A stretch of DNA of 48,532 bases from an uncultured Candidatus Saccharibacteria bacterium (GCA_964560145.1 CAZLKS010000002.1:1-48532), one strand, 5' to 3'. Positions 19,101 to 27,919 are shown, counted from the first letter of the stretch. A program made the numbers and translations. Notes: generated from the letters alone by a model not told the origin.

Positions 19101-21819
19101 TGAAGGCTGCAGACGTTGCCGAGGCGGTATTATTTGCTCCCTCGTTATCATTCGCAGTCACGCGTACTTTTGTCAGAGGCTTAAAAAGATTCGATATAGA
19201 ACTGGTTGCAGTCCAAGCAACGGTATACGTCGTATAAGAACTCTGATCAACCACCTTATTGCTCGTCGCCGCAGCAGCCAGAGCCCCGCTCGAGATTGCC
19301 GACCACGTACTGCCGTTGTCTACTGAATACTCGAAAGACGGAGTGATGTATCCGGGGTTCGCTGAGCCGCTTGAGGTATCTTGGTCGCGCACTGAATAAC
19401 TAATCGTTGCCGTGCCATCGCTGTTTTGCACACCGGAAACACCGCCAGCAGATGCAGTGGGATAATTCGCATCGAAATCAGGCGCAGCATTCACAACGTA
19501 CTTCACCAGTACGGACGAAAGAATTGCGGTTTGAGCCGAGTCTGTAGAAGCAAAGAATGCCTTGTACTGGAACCACTGATCACTTGACCCATCACGCAGT
19601 GTCGATGGAAACGTTTCGCTACCAGTCGGACTTACAAAATAAGAACCACTTGTGCCATCAGGCCCCATCCAGCCCGTGTAGGTCCCTGGAGATCCGCCAC
19701 TATCCGGTGCCGTGCGAAATTGAAACTTAACCGTCGCCTCTGAACTACTAGCAGCAGTCCAAATGATTTGAGAAAGGACGTTCGAGGAATCTCCACTGTT
19801 GTATGCCGATGAAGTCAGTGTAGTGCTCGCCGGCGTGTAACTAATCGTAATACTATCAAGCGATGGATTCGTAACACCATCGGAGCTGGTCATGTTGACG
19901 CGGTACTGAACATATCTATTGGTTCCTAACCCAGAAATCGAACCACCCGAAGCAACGCTAGTTTGCCAGCTGGTCCAGGTACCATCAGGAGTCGCCGTAT
20001 TCCCCGCCCGAACATCAACAGTAAGAGCTGAATAAGTTGGAACGCTGGAGGTATACGAAATAGTAGTTAATGGACTTGCCGTCGTCGCATCAAGCACTGC
20101 GGACGTATAGGTACCAGTCGTTGTATTTTGATACAGCATAGTAACTTCAGCGGCCGATAACGCACGCTTAAAGATACGCACTTCATCCTGCTTACCATTG
20201 AAGTACAGAGCGTCACTGCCTCCCTGACAAAGATACAACGGTATATTTGTAGCAGTGAGATTTCCCGAAGCGCTCGTCCAGGTCTGCGTCTGTGTTCCAT
20301 TTATATACAGACGTGTCGTGGCCCCGTCATAGGTGACAGTCATATGGGTCCAGGTTGCCTCTGGAAAAGTTGCAGTTGATGACAAGGTGACTCCTGCAAA
20401 CTGCATCTGTACGACTCGCTCCCCTGCAGTTCCACCGTTAAGAAGAATTCGGAAGGCTGCATCACCATATTGGCTTCTTGTCACAACCGACATCTGATTC
20501 AGACTCGAAGTTTTATACAGCCACGCGGAGTACGTAAAATCCCGCGTGATGCTATCAAGTGATGCAGAGTCCGGTGCGGTGACATAATCATTCGTTCCAT
20601 CACACACGAGTGCCTGCCCGACTACACCAGTAGTAAAGGTTGCACCATTTGTGAGTGTTCCAGTGTTACTATTACCACTTGCATCATTGGCTGTCGTGCC
20701 GCTGCCCTCGTCAAAGGTATACTCTACCACCTCTCCGTTCGCAGCAAACAATCTTGATACCTCAGTACTCGTGAGTGCGCGATTATAAATCCTTGCTTCA
20801 TCTATTGTTCCGGCAAATCCAGCGCTCGTGCCAGCCCCTCCCAACTTAAACGCCGTCATCGCCTCTGAATACATCGTCGTCGTACTCGCCACTTGCGCTC
20901 CATCAAAATAAACAGCCGTCGTACCGGTGTTACTGCCGGCATCATTCCACGTAAAAGCAAGATGATGCCACGTGCCGCTGGCAAAAGGTGTCAGCGAGTC
21001 ATTGAAGGTCATCTGTGCACCGGTATTTGCTGTATACGTCCATCCGAATTGCCAGGTGTTATTCGCCAGTCTGGTTCCTTTAATGCTGCTTCCGTTTCCA
21101 TTAGTGATACTCCAAAGACTGTGTGCCGTACTATCACCAGAAGCAAACGCCGGTTTCACCCAAAGCGAAATCGTACCTCCCTGCCCGGTACCATAGTTAA
21201 TCTGTGAAGCAGGTATACTCACGTAATCGTCGCCACCATCAAAAATCAGACCAGTCCCAATTTTACCGGAGCTCGTCCATCCACTACTGGCGGTTGCGGG
21301 GCTGGCTATTCCGTTCAGTGTGCCAGTATTTCCATTTCCTGTTCCATCGGCAACCGAAGTACCCGTATTCTCGCTAAACGTGAACTGACTCGTCATATCA
21401 GGAATCGCTCCCGAAAACCCAACGCTTCCAGCAGAACCCGATCCGTTAACAATCGTCGTACTATTCGTGCCAAGGTTAAAGTCCGTAGCCGTAGTCTGAG
21501 CTAGGCCAGAGCTCGAACTGGTAGCAGTATATATTCCGGTCGCACCGGCAGTAACCGTTGAATCCTTGCTGTCATACTTCGTCCAACCGCTTTGGTTAGA
21601 AGCATTCGTCGGCCGCGTCCCTCCATCTAATCCCCCCGCCCAACTCGTCTGCGTCCAAGTAAGCGTCGCAGCCTGAGCGAGTTCAAACTTAAAAACATCG
21701 GTAAGAACAATGCCGACGATTAAACTACCGACAAGAAGAGAACCAAAAACAGACCGCGTATGTTTATGCAGTAAAAATCGCCTTAAACGATGAGCTGAAC
21801 CAATGCGTATTCGGTGCAT
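16195..21819 (-). CDS. Giant (1874-aa) surface protein: N-terminal TM/signal, LamG domains, many Fn3-like repeats
   Basis: There are three LamG-like units (..GNGNTGTLNG..WHHLAFTW..VYFDGAQV..IDEARIYNRALTSTEV..). A long series of repeats of about 90-100 aa carries the motifs W.TDE.S.S.V.YG and LTGLTP.T.YHY.V.S.D (Fn3/purple-acid-phosphatase N-terminal type). Confidence 0.85.
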   Translation of the reverse strand: MHRIRIGSAHRLRRFLLHKHTRSVFGSLLVGSLIVGIVLTDVFKFELAQAATLTWTQTSWAGGLDGGTRPTNASNQSGWTKYDSKDSTVTAGATGIYTATSSSSGLAQTTATDFNLGTNSTTIVNGSGSAGSVGFSGAIPDMTSQFTFSENTGTSVADGTGNGNTGTLNGIASPATASSGWTSSGKIGTGLIFDGGDDYVSIPASQINYGTGQGGTISLWVKPAFASGDSTAHSLWSITNGNGSSIKGTRLANNTWQFGWTYTANTGAQMTFNDSLTPFASGTWHHLAFTWNDAGSNTGTTAVYFDGAQVASTTTMYSEAMTAFKLGGAGTSAGFAGTIDEARIYNRALTSTEVSRLFAANGEVVEYTFDEGSGTTANDASGNSNTGTLTNGATFTTGVVGQALVCDGTNDYVTAPDSASLDSITRDFTYSAWLYKTSSLNQMSVVTRSQYGDAAFRILLNGGTAGERVVQMQFAGVTLSSTATFPEATWTHMTVTYDGATTRLYINGTQTQTWTSASGNLTATNIPLYLCQGGSDALYFNGKQDEVRIFKRALSAAEVTMLYQNTTTGTYTSAVLDATTASPLTTISYTSSVPTYSALTVDVRAGNTATPDGTWTSWQTSVASGGSISGLGTNRYVQYRVNMTSSDGVTNPSLDSITISYTPASTTLTSSAYNSGDSSNVLSQIIWTAASSSEATVKFQFRTAPDSGGSPGTYTGWMGPDGTSGSYFVSPTGSETFPSTLRDGSSDQWFQYKAFFASTDSAQTAILSSVLVKYVVNAAPDFDANYPTASAGGVSGVQNSDGTATISYSVRDQDTSSGSANPGYITPSFEYSVDNGSTWSAISSGALAAAATSNKVVDQSSYTTYTVAWTATSSISNLFKPLTKVRVTANDNEGANNTASATSAAFTVDTAAPSVGTYTLNQASGTLSLAITDNSNITYRLSNNSDLSADGLNAISGQWQTVNASTTSQTINWTFANVSNPTVYLQAKDVFSNQTNRTGVVPQTPQNFEIQDVSSVTSSDFKEFVYWQAYSAASGAAFSSYKIYRSTDSGSTYSLYTTINDANYNYYLDSGLASSTTYYYKIQAIDSDGDSSAFTSAVSDLPNGQGGSDLAAPVISGVTASTTQSTWFTILWNTDELSDSVVQYSADPDVGFGSSKTVSTMVTSHVVTVTGLTPNTLYHYRVRSSDILDNASTDSNGGAGYTITTAGGPIISNVTTPSISDSIATISWDTNIDSSSIVKYADNALLSNLQTAGTGSLVGGPTSTTVYHHQVNLTGLTAGTTYYYYVESTDASSNTTTDNNGRSYYSFNTTEDVKAPVISNISTPVVAANTAVIVWQTDELSTSQVAYGTASTSLSTLTTLDSTPSIYHIVTLTGLTAQTDYFYAAHSVDQASNEGISSTQTVSTTQDYVVLVSSLTNAINNGGGGGVTRGDTTPPVLTNVKVKDIKGFQATVTWHTDEMSRSFVELRDELGKVVTIGSTELSGDPVIVLPNLRLGGQYSFVAKSFDAAGNLGVAPSQIFATRFVAEANEDLEQISDIADLQSKLSDIIESSLPSLLPPTISDISVSEVAETEAKISWKTNIKGSSLVGLATKGEYREEADKPYPVEQSGQEEAVKEHSVVVTGLTPNTLYHYQVRSKTLVGTLGKSLDRTFTTKAGKIKPFISGTTNSSFIVSWTTDAPATSIVEYKDVVTGAVNKKDTAAMVTKHEMLIENLPQGATYEVRVSGVNADDNVLSAEPVKVVIKRDVSMPVISNFKAESFVVPGRTDRIQTVVSWLTDEPATSIVDYSEGSLQDVNDLTSRYEDTKNLSLNHTVALLNLKPKTVYTMLITSVDKFGNKAKLGPRTLITPQEAQSILDVILGNFNDTFKFIKNINP

Positions 21820-21910
21820 TAAAATATCCTTAAAACCAAACTTCTCATATAAAGTATATCATTAAAAACACCCCACCGGTTAACGGAGTCAGTCCCCTTT
21901 AAATCGAAAT

Positions 21911-21960
21911 TCGGGACATCGTAAGTCCCAAAATGAATCTCGGGACTTACGATGTCCCGA
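21911..21960 (-). terminator. Strong hairpin (19-bp perfect stem) downstream of the tRNA-Ser pair
   Basis: tcgggacatcgtaagtccc (21911..21929) and gggacttacgatgtcccga (21942..21960) are exact reverse complements. On the minus strand the hairpin is followed by a T-rich stretch. Confidence 0.6.
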
Positions 21961-21996
21961 GATGCGAACAAAGCCCTTATTGCGACGAACCGAAGG

Positions 21997-22083
21997 CGGA
22001 GGGGGTGAGATTCGAACTCACGAGACCTATTAGAGTCCAGCGGTTTAGTAAACCGCCGCATTCGACCGCTCTGCCACCCCTCC
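21997..22083 (-). tRNA. Class-II tRNA, Ser-like (G73, long variable arm), apparent anticodon ACU
   Basis: Acceptor GGAGGGG/CCCCTCC, D-arm GCA-GAGCGGTCGAA-TGC, anticodon stem GCGGT/ACCGC with loop TTACTAA, a 19-nt variable arm, T-arm GTGAG-TTCGAAT-CTCAC. Confidence 0.8.
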
Positions 22084-22147
22084 ATTTTCTACGGAACAAA
22101 CACTGCGGAGCCTGAAGGATTCCTTCGATGCTCATGCCAGTTCTTTG

Positions 22148-22234
22148 CGGAGGCGGAAGGATTCGAACCTTCGGACCGGTTTCCCGGTCAACTTCTTAGC
22201 AGGAAGCTGCATTCGACCGCTCTGCCACGCCTCC
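22148..22234 (-). tRNA. tRNA-Ser, anticodon GCU
   Basis: Acceptor GGAGGCG/CGCCTCC, anticodon stem GCTTC/GAAGT with loop CTGCTAA, a long variable arm, T-arm GAAGG-TTCGAAT-CCTTC, discriminator G. Confidence 0.9.
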
Positions 22235-22350
22235 TCCGCTTAACCTGTTCTTACCGTAGTAGAATACTTTATTGCTGACCTTGGGTCAATCGCCGATGCT
22301 TCAGCCAGAGACTGGTGTAACAAAATCATGTTCCATGCGGCTTAAGTTGC

Positions 22351-23988
22351 ATGAAACACCTCGCACGATTACCTCTTTTCTCGACCTGGGCGATTTTGTC
22401 CGGCCTTCTTTTTATAGGGCCACTCACCTCTTTCGCGGCCACCGCGCCTAGCCTTGGCACGGCAGAGACCTTCGGCGTTATCTCAAGTACATTTACAAAC
22501 TCGAACACCGTCCCCCAGTCCATTATCACTGGCGACGTTTGTTATACAACGGCCCCCGTCACGCCACCGCTCAGTATATCTGGAGCCGTTACCACCCCTT
22601 GCGATCCAGACCTTGGCTCGTCACAGGTCGCGGCACTCGCTGATATCAATGGCCAGCTCTGCGTTTCACTTGGTAGCGGTGCTGTTGACCTTGACTCAAT
22701 TGTTGTTGGCCTTAATCCTCCAGGCACTTTTCCTCCTGGTTGTTACTCAAGCGGCGGGGCGATGAACATTACCGTATCAACTTCTATCACCTTGAATGGT
22801 CTGGGCGTCTTCATATTCAAACCAACTGGCGCACTTACAACTGGTGCGAACTCGAGCGTCTTACTAACTGGCGGCGCTAATGCGGCTGACGTTTTTTGGG
22901 CCCCGATTGCCGCGGCAACGCTCGGTGCCAATGCCGCCCCTTCGATTACGCCTACGTTCATCGGAACCATCATTGATGCCGCCGGCGTTTCACTCGGACA
23001 CTTCGCAAACCTCACCGGCCGAATTCTCACATTTGGTGGCACAGTTACAACCGACGCCAACACTATCACCGTCCCAAGCGCATCTTCGCTTGCAACTCTA
23101 CGAGTCATAAAGCAGGTGGTGAATACAAGTGGCGGTAGTGCAACTGCTGCATCATTCTCATTGCACGTGAAGCTCACCGGTAGTGATGTTTCTGGCAGTC
23201 CACAAATTGGTGCAGCTTCCCCTGGAACATCCTACACGCTAGCCGCCGACACATATATCGTGAGCGAGGATACATTCTCTGGTTACGCAGCTGTATTTAG
23301 TGGTGACTGTGACGCGACTGGTAGCGTAACACTCATCGCAGGCGGCACAAAAACCTGCACAATCACCAACACCGACTCGCCGGCGACCCTTCGCATTATC
23401 AAAGAAGTGATCAATACGGGTGGTGGTAGTGCTGTTCCGCTCGACTTCACTCTTCACGTCAAAACCGCTGGTAGCGACGTTACTGGTAGTCCGCAGGTTG
23501 GCGTCGTCACCCCGGGAACTTCCTATACCCTCTCAGCTGGCTCATACACCGTCAGTGAAGATGCCAATAGCTCCTACTCACCGGCATTTAGTGGTGATTG
23601 TAATTCAAGCGGCGTAGTCGCTCTTTCAAACGGAGAAAGCAAATCCTGCACCATAACGAATACTTATATCGTAGTCACACCACCAGCAGCACTAAGCAGT
23701 TCATTCGTCGGAGCTGGCACCAGTTACTTTCTCCCCGCTCCAACAGTTGCAACTTCAACACAGACTCAAGTTCTCGTTTCCGCAATTACACTGAGTAGTC
23801 CAGCAACCAGCTCGCCAATGATTCTGGCGGTACTCACGCCGATGCCATTCCTCGCAACGTCAGACCCGCTCTTGCCGAATACTGGGCTACCACCGCGTAC
23901 CAAGAATAATCTATCCGCGATTAGTATAATCTTAGGATCGCTATTCTTAATCGGCTTGTCGTGGACAGCCGTAAAGGTCAGGGCATAA
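22351..23988 (+). CDS. Sortase-anchored surface protein: signal peptide, ice-binding-like (DUF3494) beta-solenoid, two Ig-like repeats, LPNTG sorting signal
   Basis: The N-terminal domain begins LGTAETFGVISSTFTNSNT..ITGDV (DUF3494 type). A module is duplicated (TLR[VI]IK.V.NT.GGSA....F.LHVK..GSDV[ST]GSPQ..G..TPGTSYTL...Y.VSED....Y...FSGDC). The C-terminus has LPNTG, a TM helix and a KVRA tail. Confidence 0.8.
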   Translation: MKHLARLPLFSTWAILSGLLFIGPLTSFAATAPSLGTAETFGVISSTFTNSNTVPQSIITGDVCYTTAPVTPPLSISGAVTTPCDPDLGSSQVAALADINGQLCVSLGSGAVDLDSIVVGLNPPGTFPPGCYSSGGAMNITVSTSITLNGLGVFIFKPTGALTTGANSSVLLTGGANAADVFWAPIAAATLGANAAPSITPTFIGTIIDAAGVSLGHFANLTGRILTFGGTVTTDANTITVPSASSLATLRVIKQVVNTSGGSATAASFSLHVKLTGSDVSGSPQIGAASPGTSYTLAADTYIVSEDTFSGYAAVFSGDCDATGSVTLIAGGTKTCTITNTDSPATLRIIKEVINTGGGSAVPLDFTLHVKTAGSDVTGSPQVGVVTPGTSYTLSAGSYTVSEDANSSYSPAFSGDCNSSGVVALSNGESKSCTITNTYIVVTPPAALSSSFVGAGTSYFLPAPTVATSTQTQVLVSAITLSSPATSSPMILAVLTPMPFLATSDPLLPNTGLPPRTKNNLSAISIILGSLFLIGLSWTAVKVRA

Positions 23989-24008
23989 CCAGGGAGTTCA
24001 CCACCCAC

Positions 24009-24596
24009 ATGCATACACTGACTTCAGTGAGACAGCGTTTACTTGTCCTAATTTGCGTCGGAACAAGTCTGACTGCCATGCTACTTTTTATCGGCGTAAG
24101 CAGTCTGCTCCCTGCAGCCATCCGAAAAGCTACCGCTGCAAGTGCTGCGTCCGTGAATCCACCGGCGACTATCAAAATCCCAAGCCTCGGTATTGACGCA
24201 AAGATTGAACAGGTGGGACTAACTATTGCCGGTGCAATCCACTCACCACGCAACCCAAGTAATGCTGCCTGGTACACCCAAAGCTCCGCACCTGGCTCCA
24301 TCGGAAACTCCATCATCGTCGGCCATTATGGTTGGGGCGAAAACCGTGCTGCAATTTTTGACACGCTACACTCAATTCAAAAAGACGCATTTATCTTTAT
24401 CACGGATCAAGAAGGGGTACTACGCAGGTTCATCGTGCGCGACATAAAAACTTTTAATGCATCTTCAGAAACTGAAATAATTTTCTCAAGCACCGACAAA
24501 AAATCCCACCTCAACCTCATCACCTGTGCCGGAAATTGGAATAAGGACCTGCAGCAATATCCAGACCGTCTCGTCGTTTTCGCCGAACTTGAATAA
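24009..24596 (+). CDS. Sortase family transpeptidase
   Basis: TM anchor, catalytic His (IIVGHYGW), the TLxTC-type motif LNLITCAG, and a conserved Arg near the C-terminus. It is adjacent to the LPNTG substrate. Confidence 0.85.
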   Translation: MHTLTSVRQRLLVLICVGTSLTAMLLFIGVSSLLPAAIRKATAASAASVNPPATIKIPSLGIDAKIEQVGLTIAGAIHSPRNPSNAAWYTQSSAPGSIGNSIIVGHYGWGENRAAIFDTLHSIQKDAFIFITDQEGVLRRFIVRDIKTFNASSETEIIFSSTDKKSHLNLITCAGNWNKDLQQYPDRLVVFAELE

Positions 24597-24680
24597 GAGC
24601 GGATTGGTGATTGCATTGATTTTCAGATATAACCCGAGTAGGTTTACGATGTCACTCTAACAATCAACAGAGGAGGTCTC

Positions 24681-25577
24681 GTGTCCAACATGTTCCAGTT
24701 GATGTGGGCTGTGCGCCTCTCGCCGTTCTACCGCCTGAACTTTCAGAGTTCAAAGGATGGAATGAAGTTCGTTCTTGAGATAAAGGCTGATTCAGCAGAG
24801 ATTGTTCTCGAGAGATTGTCTAATATCCTCGTCAGAATAACGACTGTTTCTGGCATGCCAGCCTTCATTCCCCCAAGCCAAGGACTCGCCGGCTGGGGCT
24901 ACGGTACCATTGTCGTGGAAACGAAGTCCAAGGACCCCGCATGGCGCGCCTTCGAAATCGTTCTTCCCCGCGGCATCCGTGAACCGCTAAAATACGTTTC
25001 TATGTATGCCATAACCGAAGCCGAGCGAACTACGGCTTCCGACACGACGGTAATGGCGACCAAGTGCATCTCGGGAACTCTCGCATGGATCTTCGATATG
25101 CTCGACTTTGACTGCAAGACTACTGAGAGCGAGGACTCGTCTTCGTCGCAGGGCTTCTTCATTCAGAGTCTCGGTCACGCCGGAATGGCTACGAACCGAG
25201 GACAATGTGGTTTCACCGTTTTGCTAGACCCACCCGCCACTGAATGGCTAAGGTCCCTGTCTCAAGACGACAGAATCAAGCTTGAACAGAAAGCAATCAG
25301 GGCTATCGTTGCTTCGTACTCCCATCTGATGGGCTACCGAGTGACTACGGATCATAGCCACTGGAGCTGCGGAATTAGCACCGAAGGTGGCCGCATTCAA
25401 ATGCGGACCAGAGGCGACTGTGCCTGTTTGGGCGTCGATGGAGGATGGGATCCCGAAACCGATAGCATCCAAGTCCTAACCTCGCACAACATCGACGATG
25501 CCATCCAGCAGCTCTCGCTGCTCGCCGGCATCGCAGTAATCTGGAAGGCCTTCACTCAGCGCCTCCAGGTCAAATAG
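24681..25577 (+). CDS. Hypothetical protein, compositionally deviant (island a)
   Basis: GTG start 7 nt after AGGAGG, with the promoter-like TTGATT-17-TAGGTT at 24615..24643. It is richer in G+C and GC3 than its neighbours. A hairpin follows at 25591..25616. No family motif recognised. Confidence 0.6.
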   Translation: MSNMFQLMWAVRLSPFYRLNFQSSKDGMKFVLEIKADSAEIVLERLSNILVRITTVSGMPAFIPPSQGLAGWGYGTIVVETKSKDPAWRAFEIVLPRGIREPLKYVSMYAITEAERTTASDTTVMATKCISGTLAWIFDMLDFDCKTTESEDSSSSQGFFIQSLGHAGMATNRGQCGFTVLLDPPATEWLRSLSQDDRIKLEQKAIRAIVASYSHLMGYRVTTDHSHWSCGISTEGGRIQMRTRGDCACLGVDGGWDPETDSIQVLTSHNIDDAIQQLSLLAGIAVIWKAFTQRLQVK

Positions 25578-25652
25578 CGCGAACACATTCGAGCCGGTCC
25601 CCCGCGGGGCCGGCTCGCACTAGTTATAGATTAATTTCTCAAAGTAATCGAG

Positions 25653-27506
25653 GTGCGATATGCTTATATAATGTCATCATTTGAAAAGCAAAATCCCCTA
25701 CCCGCCGAGACTCAGACCGACATTGTCATTGGTAGACAACCCGTCGTTGGCGAAGCCCTCAAAGACACGGATAAAAAAGTACCCCGGATAACACCGAAAG
25801 AGGCACCCGACCCCGAGCTGGTCGAGCTTCTCAAAAACTTTAAGAAAAAATATGGAGGCGTCACTGGCTATCGCAATCTCTCAGAATCCGAACGATATAA
25901 GCGTCGAGCTGCTTTTGCTGAAATTCGCCAAAAGATACGACAACAAAGGGAAGGTATAGCAACTATCCTGCGCGACATCAGAGCAACGGTTGATAAGAAT
26001 CCCACTATCTTGTTCGAAGAACTACGCGCTTCGGTAATGCAAACTGCCGACCAACTAGGAATCACTGAGCAGCAAAAACAAAAGATTGACGAAGGTCTGA
26101 CTAAATTCGCCGAAAGAAATGAACGCGTCAAAAAATGCCGGAAAGAGTATCCCCGTAAGGAAGATTTATTCAAGGCAGCCTTCGGTTTTCAACCAACAGG
26201 AAACATTGACCTCGTGTGGGGCCCCATTAGCTTCTGCTTCCGCTGCCATAACGCAGAAGATTACATTGCAGCGTATCGAGCAGTAGCACCGTATTTCAAC
26301 CCCGAAAGAGAAGCCGCTATTATGCATCGAAGTGGCGGCCTAGCTCTCGCTAAGGTAAAAGCTCCGAAACTAAACGATCTTGTCACACTAGAAAAAGCTC
26401 AAATCGATTGGGCTCCCGCCGAGCCGATGATTACCGTTCCCCGCCCCGTAGAATATCTCGCCCCCATTAAACAGGGCGAACAATTATTGTTTACGAATGA
26501 AGCGGGGAAACGTTCAATGGTAAATATACGAATGCTCGACAAGAGCAACTTCTACATTTCGCAACTCCCAAGCGGAATCACCATTTACCAAAGAGTGTCC
26601 GACGAAGACCAAAGTAGCGATGTATTCAAGGCTCGCACAGTGGCTACAGCCGGCCGGGAGGTTCGCTTCGAAAGCCTCCTAGAAAAGTCCGGTGCAACCT
26701 ATGGATCGCTCCGGTATACTTTGGCTGGCGAAGGCAAGAAACGTCTCTCAGTACTGCTTGATAGTCGCGGCGTGCATCTCGTTAATTCATCACCCAAGCC
26801 ACTTGGCCAGATTGTAGAAATGCGTCTTGAGAACAAACTTGTTCCGCCCGAACGGTCACAACGAATCATCGAGCACGAAGAACAGCATCAGTTTAATAAG
26901 CTCTTCATGCCACTCGAAGAAGAACGGGATTACCTCACTATACTTCAACAAGCGGCTCAAGCTTCAGGCTCACCAGAAAAAATAGTCGAGAGAATCATTC
27001 GAGCCCTGGCAATCAAGACGCGCCAAGAGTTTACCGTCGATGCATCTGCTCGGGATGAAATACTAGCTTTTTATCGCGAAGGACGACCAATCAGTGAGAT
27101 TCGCACTATCTTAAAGGATAGCCCGCTGTACGATTACCAGAACCTACTCCGCGATGCCATCCACGAACAAATAGCAGCTATTCGAAAAAAAATAGAGAAC
27201 TGTTTCGCCCTAGTCACCTCCTCTCTCATTGCCACCGAAGAAGGCAAAAGCGAAACTCGAGTTCGAAAACTCAGTGTGCTACCCGTTACTGATGCTGCTG
27301 TTGAAAGCGGCCTTAATTTCGCCTTTGGACCGCTCTACAAAGAACAAATCGACGAGTGGCTATCTGCCATCGAGATTCTTGAGAAAAAAGGATACACGAA
27401 TGAAATAATTCTCGGTCTTCTCACGCAGCAACCACTCAAACGCTGGAAACGCCTTGCCGATCAACTCGCCTATCCGACCAAATCAGACAGAAGGTACAAT
27501 CTGTAA
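25653..27506 (+). CDS. Hypothetical 611-617-aa protein with an HExxH motif
   Basis: Long ORF with backbone-like composition, one HEEQH motif (..RIIEHEEQHQFNKLF..), and no signal peptide or TM helix. The start is uncertain (GTG 25653 or ATG 25671). Confidence 0.6.
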   Translation: MRYAYIMSSFEKQNPLPAETQTDIVIGRQPVVGEALKDTDKKVPRITPKEAPDPELVELLKNFKKKYGGVTGYRNLSESERYKRRAAFAEIRQKIRQQREGIATILRDIRATVDKNPTILFEELRASVMQTADQLGITEQQKQKIDEGLTKFAERNERVKKCRKEYPRKEDLFKAAFGFQPTGNIDLVWGPISFCFRCHNAEDYIAAYRAVAPYFNPEREAAIMHRSGGLALAKVKAPKLNDLVTLEKAQIDWAPAEPMITVPRPVEYLAPIKQGEQLLFTNEAGKRSMVNIRMLDKSNFYISQLPSGITIYQRVSDEDQSSDVFKARTVATAGREVRFESLLEKSGATYGSLRYTLAGEGKKRLSVLLDSRGVHLVNSSPKPLGQIVEMRLENKLVPPERSQRIIEHEEQHQFNKLFMPLEEERDYLTILQQAAQASGSPEKIVERIIRALAIKTRQEFTVDASARDEILAFYREGRPISEIRTILKDSPLYDYQNLLRDAIHEQIAAIRKKIENCFALVTSSLIATEEGKSETRVRKLSVLPVTDAAVESGLNFAFGPLYKEQIDEWLSAIEILEKKGYTNEIILGLLTQQPLKRWKRLADQLAYPTKSDRRYNL

Positions 27507-27517
27507 ATAATCAGGCG

Positions 27518-27823
27518 CTACCGGACTAAGCTCAACACGAATACCAGCAGGGCAACGGTAATCACCGCAAAAGCTCCGACTGTTTGAGCGAATAACCGAA
27601 TAGCGGCTTTCTTCTCTCCGTCGATATACATCTTGAGTGGCTCGTAAACAAAGAGGTAACTCATCACGGCAGCTGACAAAACAAAAAGTGCCAGCATAAA
27701 AATCGGAATGAGAAGTGGTGCTTTTTCCTCTACTGGCCCATCAGCAAACTGACTCATACCTAAAACAATCAGTCCGATATAGCCGATAGCAAATGCTGCA
27801 TTGCGAAGTGGTTTGATATTCAT
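27518..27823 (-). CDS. Small membrane protein (3 TM helices)
   Basis: 101-aa ORF that is almost entirely hydrophobic helices. Confidence 0.5.
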   Translation of the reverse strand: MNIKPLRNAAFAIGYIGLIVLGMSQFADGPVEEKAPLLIPIFMLALFVLSAAVMSYLFVYEPLKMYIDGEKKAAIRLFAQTVGAFAVITVALLVFVLSLVR

Positions 27824-27919
27824 AGCACCATTATACCAGAGCCAACGACAACCCCAACCATCCGCTCGATTAAAGTTCCGTGCTAGAGCCCCGAATATTA
27901 GAATGTAAACCCCTAAGCC

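Noticed and set aside
21819-22115. ORFs 21819..22085 (minus) and 21933..22115 (plus)
   Set aside because: They overlap the tRNA-Ser gene and the 19-bp terminator hairpin and have no coding signal. ORFs 1401..1619 and 1441..1779 over the tRNA-Arg region are rejected for the same reason.
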